Source: Desulfobacterales bacterium
Lineage (GTDB): Bacteria > Desulfobacterota > Desulfobacteria > Desulfobacterales > UBA11574
Reading direction: 5' to 3'
Assembly: GCA_022340885.1 (NCBI GenBank)
Contig: JAJDND010000107.1
Span: 9,722 to 73,721 of the forward strand
DNA length: 64,000 nt
A program made the translations under genes and the position numbers. Below, piece by piece: positions 47,018-57,317 of this stretch. Numbering within the stretch: the stretch's first letter is position 1; each line of letters opens with the position of its first letter. The notes beneath the pieces are model-generated. The model saw nothing but the letters and a program-made list of their open reading frames with translations. It ran no database searches and had not been told where the DNA came from.

Positions 47018-49546
47018 ATGGAACCTGTATTTATAAGCGGCGCGGAATCGGAAAAAAGCCCGATTCAGGAATTGTTTAAAAAACTCGAATCCGATAAGGG
47101 CGGCCTTTCCTGGTCAGAAGCGGAAAATCGGCTTAAGCAATACGGCTTTAACGAGATCGAGGAAAAAAGGGTCAGTCTGTTGCGCAAATTTTTGGGGTAT
47201 TTTTGGGGACCGATTCCCTGGATGATTGAGGTCGCGGCTATTCTTTCTTTGGTGGTCCGGCATTGGGCTGATTTTTACATCATCATCGCGCTTTTGATTT
47301 TTAATGCCATTGTGGGCTTTTGGCAGGAATATCAGGCAGGTAATGCCGTGGATGCACTCAAAAAGAAACTGGCGCTAAAGAGCCACGCACTGCGAGATGG
47401 AAAATGGCAGGAAGTGCCGGCCAAGGAACTGGTTCCCGGCGACATCATCCGTTTGCGTCTGGGAGAAATCATTCCCGCTGATACCAAACTCTTTGACGGC
47501 GACTATCTCAGTGTGGATCAGTCCGCGCTCACCGGCGAATCATTGCCGGTGAACAAGAAACAAGGCGACATTGCGTATTCCGGTTCGATCGGAAAACAAG
47601 GCGAAATGGTCGGTCTTGTCACCGCCACAGGCAACAATACTTTTTTCGGGAAGACCGCCAAACTCGTTGTCGGGGCAAAAGCCGTCTCTCATTTTCAAAA
47701 AGCCGTGCTGCAAATTGGGGATTATCTGATTTATATCAGCCTCGGTCTGGCAGTCATCCTGGTCCTGGTACAGCTGTTTCGCGGGACGCCCTTTCTTGAA
47801 CTGGTTCAGTTTGCCCTCATTCTTACCGTGGCTTCCATCCCGGTGGCCATGCCGGCGGTGCTCTCCGTAACCATGACTGTCGGTGCACTGGCACTGTCCA
47901 AGTTTAAAACCATTGTATCCCGGCTGGAGTCCATTGAAGAAATGGCGGGTATGGATATTTTATGTTCTGATAAAACCGGGACCCTGACACAGAATCGGCT
48001 CACATTGGGAGAGCCTTTGATATTCGGCGCGCGAAACAATCAGGAGCTGATTTTGGCCGCCGCCCTTGCTTCAAAGCCAGAAAATCAGGACGCCATCGAT
48101 CTGGCGGTCATCGGTGGAGTTCAAGATCCGGAAGCCCTGCGAACGTATGATCAACTGAAATTTTTGCCTTTCGATCCCATCCACAAACGCACGGAGGGAA
48201 CGGTCAAGGATACTCAAGGCAGGAGCTTCAAAGTCACCAAAGGGGCGCCTCAAGTGATTCTCGAAATGAGTGACGCCGGTGATGACACGAAAAGAAAAGT
48301 GGAAAAGGCGGTAGATGAATTTGCCGCCAAAGGATATCGGACCTTGGGTGTGGCACGATCCGAAGAAAATGGATCCTGGCAATTTTTAGGTATTCTACCG
48401 CTATTTGATCCCCCCCGGGATGATTCGGCCGAGACCATTATGCAGGCCAAAGCGCATGGTGTTCAGGTCAAAATGGTTACCGGAGACAATCTTGCCATCG
48501 GCCGGGAAATCTCCGGGCAGCTTGGCCTCGGGAAAAATATCGAACCGGCGGACAGTCTGCTTGCCGCCAATCAAAAAGAAGGACAAATGGCCCCTGATGT
48601 CGCGGATCAGGTCGAGCAGGCGGATGGGTTTGCCCAGGTGTTTCCCGAGCATAAGTTCGGTATTGTCAAAGCCCTGCAAGCCCGCGGCCACATCGTGGGG
48701 ATGACCGGTGACGGTGTAAATGATGCACCGGCTCTGAAACAAGCGGATGTGGGTATAGCGGTCAGCGGCGCCACCGATGCCGCCCGTGCGGCAGCGAGTC
48801 TGGTCCTCACGGCACCCGGCCTGTCGGTGATTATTAATGCGGTCGAAGAAGCCCGCCGGATTTTCGAGCGGATGAATTCCTATGCCATCTACCGCATCAC
48901 GGAGACCATTCGAATCATGGTTTTTGTGGTATTGGCGATGTTGGTTTTCAATTTTTATCCCATCACCGCAATTATGATTATTTTACTGGCCTTTCTCAAT
49001 GATGTTCCGATTATGACCATTGCGTACGACAAGACATATCTCAACCCAAAACCGGTGCGCTGGAATATGCATCAGGTTATCGTGGTTTCCACCGTCATGG
49101 GATTGACAGGGGTCACAGGCAGTTTTCTGATGTTGTACCTGGCCATTGACTGGCTGCACTTGAGTGTGCCCCAGATACAAACCTATATATTTCTCACCTT
49201 GACGGTCGCCGGGCATATGACACTATTCGTTGCGCGAAACAAGGGTTTTTTTCTGAAAAAACCTTATCCGGCGCCGGTTATGATCTGGTCGGCAGTTGCG
49301 ACCAAATTGCTCGGGACGCTGATGGCGGCGTATGGTTTTGGCCTCATTACGCCCATAAGTTGGAAGGACATCGGCATCGTCTGGGGATATGCCATTATCG
49401 GGGCATTTTTTACGGACTGGGCTAAAATCACTGTTTATCGCCATTTTGCCATGGAAAGCCCGCGTCATGAGGGATTTCTTAAAAGGGTTCAAGAAACTAT
49501 CACACCCCATGCGCGCCACCATCATGGCATGTTTCAAAGGAGATAA
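47018..49546 (+). CDS. P-type ATPase of the P3A (plasma-membrane H+-ATPase-like) subfamily
   Basis: AGGAGG lies before the ATG at 47018. The motifs are LTGESLP, CSDKTGTLTQNRLT, MVTGDN and MTGDGVNDAPALKQADVGIAV. The N-terminal FLGYFWGPIPWMIEVAAILS and DGKWQEVPAKELVPGDIIRLRLGEIIPAD closely follow the fungal/plant H+-ATPase pattern. Confidence 0.85.
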   Translation: MEPVFISGAESEKSPIQELFKKLESDKGGLSWSEAENRLKQYGFNEIEEKRVSLLRKFLGYFWGPIPWMIEVAAILSLVVRHWADFYIIIALLIFNAIVGFWQEYQAGNAVDALKKKLALKSHALRDGKWQEVPAKELVPGDIIRLRLGEIIPADTKLFDGDYLSVDQSALTGESLPVNKKQGDIAYSGSIGKQGEMVGLVTATGNNTFFGKTAKLVVGAKAVSHFQKAVLQIGDYLIYISLGLAVILVLVQLFRGTPFLELVQFALILTVASIPVAMPAVLSVTMTVGALALSKFKTIVSRLESIEEMAGMDILCSDKTGTLTQNRLTLGEPLIFGARNNQELILAAALASKPENQDAIDLAVIGGVQDPEALRTYDQLKFLPFDPIHKRTEGTVKDTQGRSFKVTKGAPQVILEMSDAGDDTKRKVEKAVDEFAAKGYRTLGVARSEENGSWQFLGILPLFDPPRDDSAETIMQAKAHGVQVKMVTGDNLAIGREISGQLGLGKNIEPADSLLAANQKEGQMAPDVADQVEQADGFAQVFPEHKFGIVKALQARGHIVGMTGDGVNDAPALKQADVGIAVSGATDAARAAASLVLTAPGLSVIINAVEEARRIFERMNSYAIYRITETIRIMVFVVLAMLVFNFYPITAIMIILLAFLNDVPIMTIAYDKTYLNPKPVRWNMHQVIVVSTVMGLTGVTGSFLMLYLAIDWLHLSVPQIQTYIFLTLTVAGHMTLFVARNKGFFLKKPYPAPVMIWSAVATKLLGTLMAAYGFGLITPISWKDIGIVWGYAIIGAFFTDWAKITVYRHFAMESPRHEGFLKRVQETITPHARHHHGMFQRR

Positions 49547-49771
49547 TTTGCTTCTCAACTCATCGAGAGACCAATGCAGAAGGATATTCATATTATTTAA
49601 ATAAACCAGAATTAGGCATAACCTTCCGGAATCCGCATCGCTTGACAGGATTTGTCGGAAAACCACCGACATCCGATTGCGCTAAACGCCTACAACAAGA
49701 TCAGACGATATCCGATTTCTATATTGCTCGGTATGGATTATTATAGGATAAAAATAGAAAGGAAGGTCTGC

Positions 49772-50125
49772 ATGAAAAGAATCTACATCGTCGATGATTC
49801 CGTCAAACTGCGGAAAACATTGTGCGAGCTGCTGTCTGACGTTGACAATGTCCAAGTTATCGGACAGGCTGGCGATGCCGGGGAAGCACTCGACGATATT
49901 CGCATTCTCAAACCCGATACCGTTCTTTTGGATATCCGGCTTCCCGGTAAAAACGGTATCCAGTTGCTTGGCGAAATCAAGGAATTGCAGCCTGACATAA
50001 CGGTCGTTATTATGACCAATTATGATTATCCACAATATCGTCAGCAGAGTATTCGAGCTGGCGCCGATCACTTTTTCAACAAGACCCGTGAATTTGAAAA
50101 CATCATCGAAGTCTTGAAGGGGTGA
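49772..50125 (+). CDS. Single-domain response regulator (CheY-like receiver)
   Basis: GGAAGG lies before the ATG at 49772 (MKRIYIVDDS...). It has VLLDIRLPGKNG and a conserved Lys region (FFNK). The track ORF starts 40 codons earlier in non-protein-like sequence. Confidence 0.8.
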   Translation: MKRIYIVDDSVKLRKTLCELLSDVDNVQVIGQAGDAGEALDDIRILKPDTVLLDIRLPGKNGIQLLGEIKELQPDITVVIMTNYDYPQYRQQSIRAGADHFFNKTREFENIIEVLKG

Positions 50126-50214
50126 TTTGACGGATTGTTGAGTTTGAATGAGAGTGGACCAGTTGATTTTCATGAGGAGATTCATGTGATTAAAACCGTC
50201 AAAGGAGGCAAACA

Positions 50215-50661
50215 ATGAAAACATTTAAAAATATTCTCGTCGTCAGTCGATCAACGAAATACTGCCGCGAGGCGGTAGAGACCGGCATTTCGCTGGCACA
50301 CCAGTATGGCGCAAAACTTTATCTTCTGCACGTGATTCATGACCCGTTCAACCTGGACGGCTGGAACTTGCCTGTCTACAGCTTCCATAATGAATATGAA
50401 AAAATGGTCGCCGATGCCCGAAAGGCTCTGGATCACATGGTAAAGGTTGAGAAAGACAAAGGATTGCCGGTTACGATATGGGTTAAGGACGGTCCGCCGG
50501 CAGAAGATATCAAGAAGGTCGTCGAAGAGGAAAATATCGATCTGATTGTCATGCTGGCCCATCATGAGGGGCGTTTGGAACATTTTCTTTTCGGCCGAAC
50601 CAACGATGCTATTCTGCGCGATTTGCCCGCATCCATTTTGCTGGTAAAAAAAGAAGAATAA
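50215..50661 (+). CDS. Universal stress protein (UspA family)
   Basis: A 148-aa protein with ILVVSRST...LYLLHV... and the ATP-binding-type C-terminus LIVMLAHHEGRLEHFLFGRTNDAILRDLPASILLVK. Confidence 0.85.
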   Translation: MKTFKNILVVSRSTKYCREAVETGISLAHQYGAKLYLLHVIHDPFNLDGWNLPVYSFHNEYEKMVADARKALDHMVKVEKDKGLPVTIWVKDGPPAEDIKKVVEEENIDLIVMLAHHEGRLEHFLFGRTNDAILRDLPASILLVKKEE

Positions 50662-50878
50662 GCCTCGATAGAGATGGGACATGCGAAAAGAGAATACTAA
50701 GGGCTCGCACAAAAATAACTTCACATTTTCGCATCCCGTCTTCAGGCCATCTTTGCCCGATCCTCAACCGCCAAATCCTCGAAATAGGCCTGCTATTCGT
50801 GTGGTTTGGCAATTTCGGATCGAACAAATCTGACCCAAATCCGGGCGCCAATTCTGTGAAATTATTTTTGCGTGAGCC

Positions 50879-51589
50879 CTAAGTTGCCGCCGCCTCTTCT
50901 TCCGGGACCTTTAACAGTAGAACATTTACCTTGTGATTTGCGCGTTTGTAACCTATAAGCCCTGTTCCGGTCATCGCCAGACTCAGCAATGCAAGGACCC
51001 CGTCGAAAATTGACCACCAGGAAAAACCGAACATACGAAAGAACGCAATGCTCAGCGTAAAAAATGCCAGTCCGGTGCGAATGAGGGCCAGATAGGTCCT
51101 ACCTTGAGCCAGAGCCGTTCGCATATTCGAAAAAACCGTTCGGGTGCCGGCAAATGCTGTGCGTTTCTCTGAAAACTGTGTGCGAGTGGCGGCCATTCTA
51201 TTGCGCTGTTCGGCCAGATTGTTCCTGGATCGTGAAAAATCCGTGCGCAATACAGAAAGATTCGTTCTCTGGCCTGCAAGAGATGTACGTTCATGAGCCA
51301 TCTGGGTGCGGATATCGGACAGTTCGGTGGATTTGGTGGAAAGGGTTGTCTGCTCACGGACGAGCGCGGTCCGCTCTTTTGCCATATCGGTTCGATGTGT
51401 AGCGAGGGTATTGGTGACGGCCGCATGTTCCAGCAAATTCGAGGCGGATTCAGTTTGCTTTTTTTCCAAATCATGGATGGACCTGTTGATTTCAGTACCG
51501 GTTCGCTGATTATCCACCGTCTGAATCAGCAACGCGTGAATTGCCTCTAAAGTGGATGCGATCTGTTCGCTATATCTCTCTTCATCCAT
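50879..51589 (-). CDS. Membrane-anchored protein made of about 17 uninterrupted x-R-T-x-L-x-x heptads ending in a DUF202 (YidH)-like transmembrane domain
   Basis: GGAGGG lies before the ATG at 51589, overlapping the upstream gene end by 8 nt. Residues 58-176 read VTNTLAT HRTDMAK ERTALVR EQTTLST KSTELSD IRTQMAH ERTSLAG QRTNLSV LRTDFSR SRNNLAE QRNRMAA TRTQFSE KRTAFAG TRTVFSN MRTALAQ GRTYLAL IRTGLAF. Two TM helices follow. Confidence 0.65.
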   Translation of the reverse strand: MDEERYSEQIASTLEAIHALLIQTVDNQRTGTEINRSIHDLEKKQTESASNLLEHAAVTNTLATHRTDMAKERTALVREQTTLSTKSTELSDIRTQMAHERTSLAGQRTNLSVLRTDFSRSRNNLAEQRNRMAATRTQFSEKRTAFAGTRTVFSNMRTALAQGRTYLALIRTGLAFFTLSIAFFRMFGFSWWSIFDGVLALLSLAMTGTGLIGYKRANHKVNVLLLKVPEEEAAAT

Positions 51590-52496
51590 TGTGTTTTCCC
51601 TCCTGATGCCTTGAGGAAGCGGGGTTATAATTCTTATCCATGCCCATTCCGTATTCATGTATCCAGGTCCGGAATTGACGGTTATCTTCAAACTTGGACG
51701 CATATCCGGGGCTATAACGAATATCCATCGTGCCGGACACTGCCGCCTGAACAATCTCCATGATCGTTGTCAGCTCATCGCTTTCTAAATAGGGACCGAT
51801 GAGAGAGACGCCGTCGCTTTGGACATCGGCCCGTATTTCCATCGTTGCCGTACGGGGATCGGTGACCAGTGACTCCTCGATTGCCGTTGCAAGGTAGAGC
51901 TGCTCCACTTCGGCCCTTGATTCCCGAGAGGCTTGAAAATCCTCCTCCGCCATGATGCATTCGAGAACGGCGCAGGCCGCTTTCAAGGATACACGATCCA
52001 GATTCACGGTGATATCGTATAACATGGTATCGCGTATGTCCTGCGCATACATGAATCTTGCCCACTTTATGCGCTGGTCGTCTGCATTGACGATATACTC
52101 GCGGGCCTTTTTCTCATCGCATGCCAGACGCTGCATGGTCATGGTCAGGCGCATTTGCAGGGGCGCTTCGATACGGACCCGCACCAGATGCCTAAGATGC
52201 GGCAAAAGGAGGTGGCCTGAATAGCCGTGATATACGACATGGTCATACCGGATTTCCTCAAGCAAGGCCTTTCGCATGAGAACCATATACGGCCATCTGA
52301 GTTCACTGAATTGATCGTACGCGGAAGCTGCTTCGGCAAGTTTTTCAAGAACCCGTGCGGCGATCTCTCCATGTTTGTTGACGTCGCTAACCAAATCTTC
52401 GCGAGAAATGCAGCGAATGCCTGTTTTATCATGGAGACAATCCACCAGCAGGTGAACGCCGGACATGGTTCCCCTTGAAATAAAAATAACCGGCAT
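51582..52496 (-). CDS. Cytidylate-kinase-like-fold family protein with C-terminal extension (uncharacterised)
   Basis: The N-terminus MPVIFISRGTMSGVHLLVDCLHDKTGIRCISREDL and VVYHGYSGHLLL..VRIEAPLQMR resemble the cytidylate kinase-like family but lack a canonical P-loop. This is recalled from memory, not searched. Confidence 0.4.
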   Translation of the reverse strand: MPVIFISRGTMSGVHLLVDCLHDKTGIRCISREDLVSDVNKHGEIAARVLEKLAEAASAYDQFSELRWPYMVLMRKALLEEIRYDHVVYHGYSGHLLLPHLRHLVRVRIEAPLQMRLTMTMQRLACDEKKAREYIVNADDQRIKWARFMYAQDIRDTMLYDITVNLDRVSLKAACAVLECIMAEEDFQASRESRAEVEQLYLATAIEESLVTDPRTATMEIRADVQSDGVSLIGPYLESDELTTIMEIVQAAVSGTMDIRYSPGYASKFEDNRQFRTWIHEYGMGMDKNYNPASSRHQEGKHNG

Positions 52497-52703
52497 TTGT
52501 CAGCCCTCCTTTTTCATGGGGAATGCTGGATTCTATTGTATTAGGTCTATGGTGAGGGGCATCGCTAAAATATTGAAGCAAAGACCAATAGGTCCAGTTT
52601 ATTTCTTAACACCACACGGCCAAATTGTCTATGATCGAAAATTCGTCGTGAAAAAAACGGCGCTTTAATTGCAGCTGGGGACTCGTCGTTTAATCCGGAT
52701 TTA

Positions 52704-54704
52704 TCAATTCGCTGATTTTTTCCATGCCTGCGGGCCCAGGATCTCGAGGATATCCTGTTCATCGATTTTTTCTTTTTCCAAAAGAATATGCGCCATGTCT
52801 TTGAGCTTCTCTTTCTCCTTTATAAGAATCTGTTTGGCATCTTCATAACATGTTCGAATGATCTCTTGTGTTTCTTCATCGATGATCTCTTCAAGTTTTT
52901 CCGAGCGTTGCTGAAGCATCGGACCTTGACCGAGAAACGGATTCTGGTTTTTTTCCACAAGGGATAAGTTGGGTGCGTGTCTACTCATACCGTAAACGGT
53001 AAGCATATTTCTTACGATATCCGCCACTTTTTCAAGGTCGTTGGAAGCGCCCGTTGAAACTTCGCCGAACACCAGTTCTTCTGCTGCCCGGCCGGCCAAC
53101 AGCCCCTTGATTTTTCCGAGCAATTCGGACCGTGACATCAGAAAACGATCTTCCAAAGGGGTTTGAAGCGTGTATCCCAAAGCGCCGATGCCGCGGGGGA
53201 TAATGGAAACTTTCTGTACGGGATCGGCGCCGGGAGTCAAGTGCCCGACAATGGCATGTCCGGATTCATGATAGGCAACCACCTCCCGTTCATGGGGATT
53301 GATCAGCCTGTTTTTCTTTTCCAGACCGGCAATGACCCGTTCGATGGCATCTTGGAAGTTGTGGTGGGAAACCGTGCTGCTGCCTTCACGGGAAGCCAGA
53401 AGGGCGGCCTCGTTGCAGACATTGGCAATCTCAGCACCGGCAAATCCCGGTGTTTCGGCGGCCAGTGTGTGAAAATTCACATCTTTATTTAAACTGAGAT
53501 TGCGGGTGTGTACCTTAAAAATTTCTTTACGTCCTGCGAGATCCGGCCGGTCTACGAGGATCTGGCGGTCGAAACGGCCGGGCCGCAACAATGCCGAGTC
53601 GAGAACTTCGGGACGGTTTGTGGCTCCCATAATGATGATGCCCACTTGGGGATCGAAACCGTCCATTTCCGTGAGCAATTGATTCAGCGTGTTTTCTCGT
53701 TCATCGTTGCTGCCCGTGTAAACACCCTGGGATCGGCTTTTACCCACGGCATCAAGTTCATCGATGAAGATGATGCAGGGTGCTTTGGTTTTCGCATCCT
53801 TGAACAGATCCCGGACACGGGCCGCCCCTAAACCGACGAACATTTCTACAAAATCCGATCCGCTCAGACTGAAAAAAGGTACACCCGCTTCACCGGCGAC
53901 TGCCCGGGCCAAGAGCGTCTTGCCCGTGCCAGGGGGGCCCACCAGCAGGATACCCTTGGGAAGCTTGGCACCCAGCCGGGTATAACGGTTCGGTTCCTTC
54001 AGAAAGGAAACAACCTCTTTGACCTCTTCCACCGCTTCGTCGACACCGGCCACGTCCTCGAAGGAAACTTTTTGAGACGAATCAACTTCATAGATTTTGG
54101 CCTTGCTTTTGCCCATGCTCAAAAAATTGCTGCCTTTGCCCATTCGGCGCATAATAAAGCTCCAGAGAAGAAAAAAGAGCCCCAAGGGAATGATCCAGTC
54201 TGAAATAAAATGTGAGAACCAGTGGGATTCGATCTTGCCGCGATAATTAATGTCGTGACGCTGAAGATCTTGTAGAAGTTGTGGATCTTTCAAGGGTACC
54301 ACCGTGAATTGGCGATCACGTTTTTGTTGACGTTTACCGGCCAATTCGCCGAAGTCCAGATACCATGGCGTATGTTTTTGATGTGGTGTGAAATTGGATT
54401 GTTCTTGGGAAAGGGCAGCGTCCGGTTTGGTTTTTCCTTCTGTAGCGGGTCCTTTCTCCAATCCGTAGATTCGATCCGGCTCGATGATCACGTTTTGGAT
54501 CTTGTTCATCCGGATCAAATTTTTAAACTTGCTGTAAGAAATTTCCTTGACGGCCGTTCCGGAAAAAAAGATCGTTTCCAGAAACAGGATCAATGAAAAA
54601 ATGATGAGGTAGTAACCTAGTGAAAATTTTTTTCGATCTTCCATATCGGCCTCTGTGTAATCTTTACGTGCCATGGTGCGGAGTCGCTGAAGTCCACGGT
54701 GCAT
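52704..54704 (-). CDS. ftsH: ATP-dependent zinc metalloprotease FtsH
   Basis: Two TM segments, Walker A GPPGTGKT, Walker B IIFIDELD, an SRH region and the zinc site HESGHAIV. The start is uncertain (ATG at 54704 or 54674), and neither candidate has a clear RBS. Confidence 0.92.
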   Translation of the reverse strand: MHRGLQRLRTMARKDYTEADMEDRKKFSLGYYLIIFSLILFLETIFFSGTAVKEISYSKFKNLIRMNKIQNVIIEPDRIYGLEKGPATEGKTKPDAALSQEQSNFTPHQKHTPWYLDFGELAGKRQQKRDRQFTVVPLKDPQLLQDLQRHDINYRGKIESHWFSHFISDWIIPLGLFFLLWSFIMRRMGKGSNFLSMGKSKAKIYEVDSSQKVSFEDVAGVDEAVEEVKEVVSFLKEPNRYTRLGAKLPKGILLVGPPGTGKTLLARAVAGEAGVPFFSLSGSDFVEMFVGLGAARVRDLFKDAKTKAPCIIFIDELDAVGKSRSQGVYTGSNDERENTLNQLLTEMDGFDPQVGIIIMGATNRPEVLDSALLRPGRFDRQILVDRPDLAGRKEIFKVHTRNLSLNKDVNFHTLAAETPGFAGAEIANVCNEAALLASREGSSTVSHHNFQDAIERVIAGLEKKNRLINPHEREVVAYHESGHAIVGHLTPGADPVQKVSIIPRGIGALGYTLQTPLEDRFLMSRSELLGKIKGLLAGRAAEELVFGEVSTGASNDLEKVADIVRNMLTVYGMSRHAPNLSLVEKNQNPFLGQGPMLQQRSEKLEEIIDEETQEIIRTCYEDAKQILIKEKEKLKDMAHILLEKEKIDEQDILEILGPQAWKKSAN

Positions 54705-54752
54705 GACGGACGGTTTGCGCCGTCATGCACGCATGGCCTATCGATCTGCATC

Positions 54753-56276
54753 TTACTCGACCATCACCCGGATGTAACCGGTTTGACCGGTTCGGTGGTC
54801 CAGGACCAAAAATTGAGCCCAGTGGTGGGGTTTCAGGGATTGAACGACATTAACGAAACTTTGTACGCCGCTCACGGGTTGACCGTCAATGGACAGGATA
54901 ATATCATTGACTTCAAAACCGGCTTTCCCCAGTAATCCGTCCGGCTGGAGCAATTTTATGGCTACCCCCTTAGGTTCTTGCATGCCATATTTCTGAGCCT
55001 CTTTGTCTGTTACGGGTCTCACCACCACGCCCAGTCGCTTGTTCACGGAAGCCGCCATTATTTTAACGGCGTTTTGAAGATTACCGATTTTAACCTTAAG
55101 GTTTCGTGATTTTCCATTTCGCATGACGGTCATGGTGACTTCCTTCCCGATGGTTGTATTTGCCACCAGATTTTGCAGGTCCGATGCATTCTGTATCTTG
55201 TTTCCCTCATACCCCGTTATTATGTCGTTTTTTTGAAGACCGGCTTTATCGGCCGGGCTTCCTTTAACCACTTCGACGACAAGAGCGCCTTGGGAAACAT
55301 TAAGCTTCATGGACTGCTGCAGCGCCGGTGTGACGTCACGGATACTAACGCCCAGCCAGCCGCGTATCACCTTGCCGTTCTTGATAAGCTCATCGGCAAT
55401 ATGAACGGCGATTTTGCTCGGAATAGCGAAGCCGATGCCTTCGAATCCACCGGATTCGGATATGATAGCGGAATTGACCCCGATGACCTGTCCTTGCAGA
55501 TTCAGTAAGGGGCCCCCGCTGTTACCCGGATTTATGGCGGCATCGGTCTGCAAATAGTCCTGGTAACTGCTTGGGTTCAAAATGCCCCGACGATGCTTGG
55601 CGCTGATGATGCCCTGGGTGACGGTCTGGTCCAGCCCCCGCGGGGCGCCGATGGCCACCACCCAGTCGCCGACTTTCAATTGATCCGAATCCCCGAAAGT
55701 GACATGGGGAAGCTTTTCGTCGGTTTTTATACGAACGACGGCAAGATCTGTCTTTGGATCGGTGCCGACGACTTTGCCCGGATATTTACGTCCGTCCGCC
55801 AGAAACACCTGGATTTTGTTGGCGCCGGCGACGACATGGTTATTGGTCAGAATATATCCTCTGGCATCCATGATCATGCCGCTGCCCAGTCCTTTAAGTT
55901 CTCTTTTGAATTTACGAGGCATTCGTTGATTGGGAGCGTTGAAGAAATAATGAAAGAACGGGTCGTTCTCAAAGGGCAAAAACGGATTGCTGACTTCCTG
56001 GCTCTGGGTGACCTCAATATGGACCACCGCCGGAAGCGCTTCCTTGGCAACCCTTGCGATAGCGGTACTCAGATCTTCGGCTGACGGATTGACCTTCATC
56101 GGCGCTGCGGCCTGCATGGAAGGACCGGCATTTGTCGCCGCGCTGGCGACGGCGACCGAATTCTGTGCAGCCGCTGAACCGGAAGACCGTGACTCGCATT
56201 GGGTCACCCCCAGAGTCAGTAGCAAAACAACGAAGATAAGCAGGTAACGCATGGTTCGAGTGTGTTTGTAAATCAT
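54753..56276 (-). CDS. Periplasmic serine endoprotease DegP/DegQ (HtrA family, two PDZ domains)
   Basis: A signal peptide, catalytic-triad contexts (TNNHVV, TDLAVV, GNSGGPLLN), then two PDZ-like segments. Confidence 0.9.
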   Translation of the reverse strand: MIYKHTRTMRYLLIFVVLLLTLGVTQCESRSSGSAAAQNSVAVASAATNAGPSMQAAAPMKVNPSAEDLSTAIARVAKEALPAVVHIEVTQSQEVSNPFLPFENDPFFHYFFNAPNQRMPRKFKRELKGLGSGMIMDARGYILTNNHVVAGANKIQVFLADGRKYPGKVVGTDPKTDLAVVRIKTDEKLPHVTFGDSDQLKVGDWVVAIGAPRGLDQTVTQGIISAKHRRGILNPSSYQDYLQTDAAINPGNSGGPLLNLQGQVIGVNSAIISESGGFEGIGFAIPSKIAVHIADELIKNGKVIRGWLGVSIRDVTPALQQSMKLNVSQGALVVEVVKGSPADKAGLQKNDIITGYEGNKIQNASDLQNLVANTTIGKEVTMTVMRNGKSRNLKVKIGNLQNAVKIMAASVNKRLGVVVRPVTDKEAQKYGMQEPKGVAIKLLQPDGLLGKAGFEVNDIILSIDGQPVSGVQSFVNVVQSLKPHHWAQFLVLDHRTGQTGYIRVMVE

Positions 56277-56584
56277 TTTATCCTCCTAACTTTTCTGTTT
56301 TGATGAAAATACCCGGATCGATCTAAATTCCGGAAAAGATGAGCTCCTTTGAAGTTGATATTCTATCATTGCGCCGGGCTGCGATTGACACTGAAGGATG
56401 CAATTTCAAAAGAAGCCGTTAAACTTATTCTTTTTCATTTTCAGCTATCATCATTTTAATCATGTTTAAAAAATTCGGTATAAGCCTCCTTCTGATTTTC
56501 CTGTAGGAGATTGCCAGAACTTGCTGTCGGTGAGTGTCCTACAGCCATAGGTCCCCATAGACCAAGCAACGCATTTCGATGTTT

Positions 56585-57286
56585 TCAGGCGTGCGTATTT
56601 TTGCGTGTCATCAGTCCCGCCAGCAGGACCGCCAGGATGCCGGTCATGAAAATGCCGTCAAAAGTTCCGGCGCCGCCGATGGAAGCGATGGGAGCTCCAA
56701 GACCCTGTATTTTACCGAGATTCAAAAGATCTGCACCGATTAGTGTGCCGAGTGTGCCGGAAATGTAGGCCAACGCCGGGGCATACTTTGCGGACAGCAG
56801 CATCGCTACTGCCGTGGCTGCCGCGAGAGGAACCAGAAGCGGTACGGCGATACCCAGTCCCGTTACCGGATGGGCCAACCAATGAACGACAACCGACACC
56901 ACAGCGACCCCGAGCAGCGCCGTGCCGAAAAGTCGATTCTTGAAAATCAGATAAATGGATAGAATAGTAGGAATAACAGCCCCGCCGACGTTGACCGCGA
57001 TAACTGTTCCCGGATATTGCGTGACGGTGGGAATGATATATGGAATACCGAAAAATGTCACCTCGCCGGCGGTCCGAACGGTTTCCGGCGGCAATTGATA
57101 AACCGGAATATTGATGTAGCTGCCCAAAAAACACATCAACAGCAGCAAAAATACGTAACGCCGGTTGACACCGATGGTCTGGTAAGCGTATCCGAGAACG
57201 CCCACTTCAATCATGACGATCAGAAAAATAAACAGAAAAAAGAGTATCAACAAAAACGGCAAGGCCAACGGGAAATAGTGCAGCAT
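56585..57286 (-). CDS. DUF1614-like integral membrane protein
   Basis: AGGAGG lies before the ATG at 57286 (MLHYFPLALPFLLILFF...). The protein is highly hydrophobic and polytopic. The family name is recalled, not searched. The track ORF adds 31 unlikely N-terminal codons. Confidence 0.5.
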   Translation of the reverse strand: MLHYFPLALPFLLILFFLFIFLIVMIEVGVLGYAYQTIGVNRRYVFLLLLMCFLGSYINIPVYQLPPETVRTAGEVTFFGIPYIIPTVTQYPGTVIAVNVGGAVIPTILSIYLIFKNRLFGTALLGVAVVSVVVHWLAHPVTGLGIAVPLLVPLAAATAVAMLLSAKYAPALAYISGTLGTLIGADLLNLGKIQGLGAPIASIGGAGTFDGIFMTGILAVLLAGLMTRKNTHA

Positions 57287-57317
57287 AATTTTCCTCCTGT
57301 GAAAATCTGACTTCCGA

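Noticed and set aside
50680-50745. ATGCGAAAA … TTTTCGCAT 9-bp inverted repeat after the usp gene, considered as a terminator
   Set aside because: The arms are about 40 nt apart and AT-rich, with no adjacent U-tract. It could be chance in this spacer.
56501-56544. 8-bp inverted repeat CTGTAGGA-N28-TCCTACAG downstream of the DUF1614-like gene, considered as a terminator
   Set aside because: The loop is 28 nt, there is no U-tract on either strand, and the stem is short. Support is insufficient.
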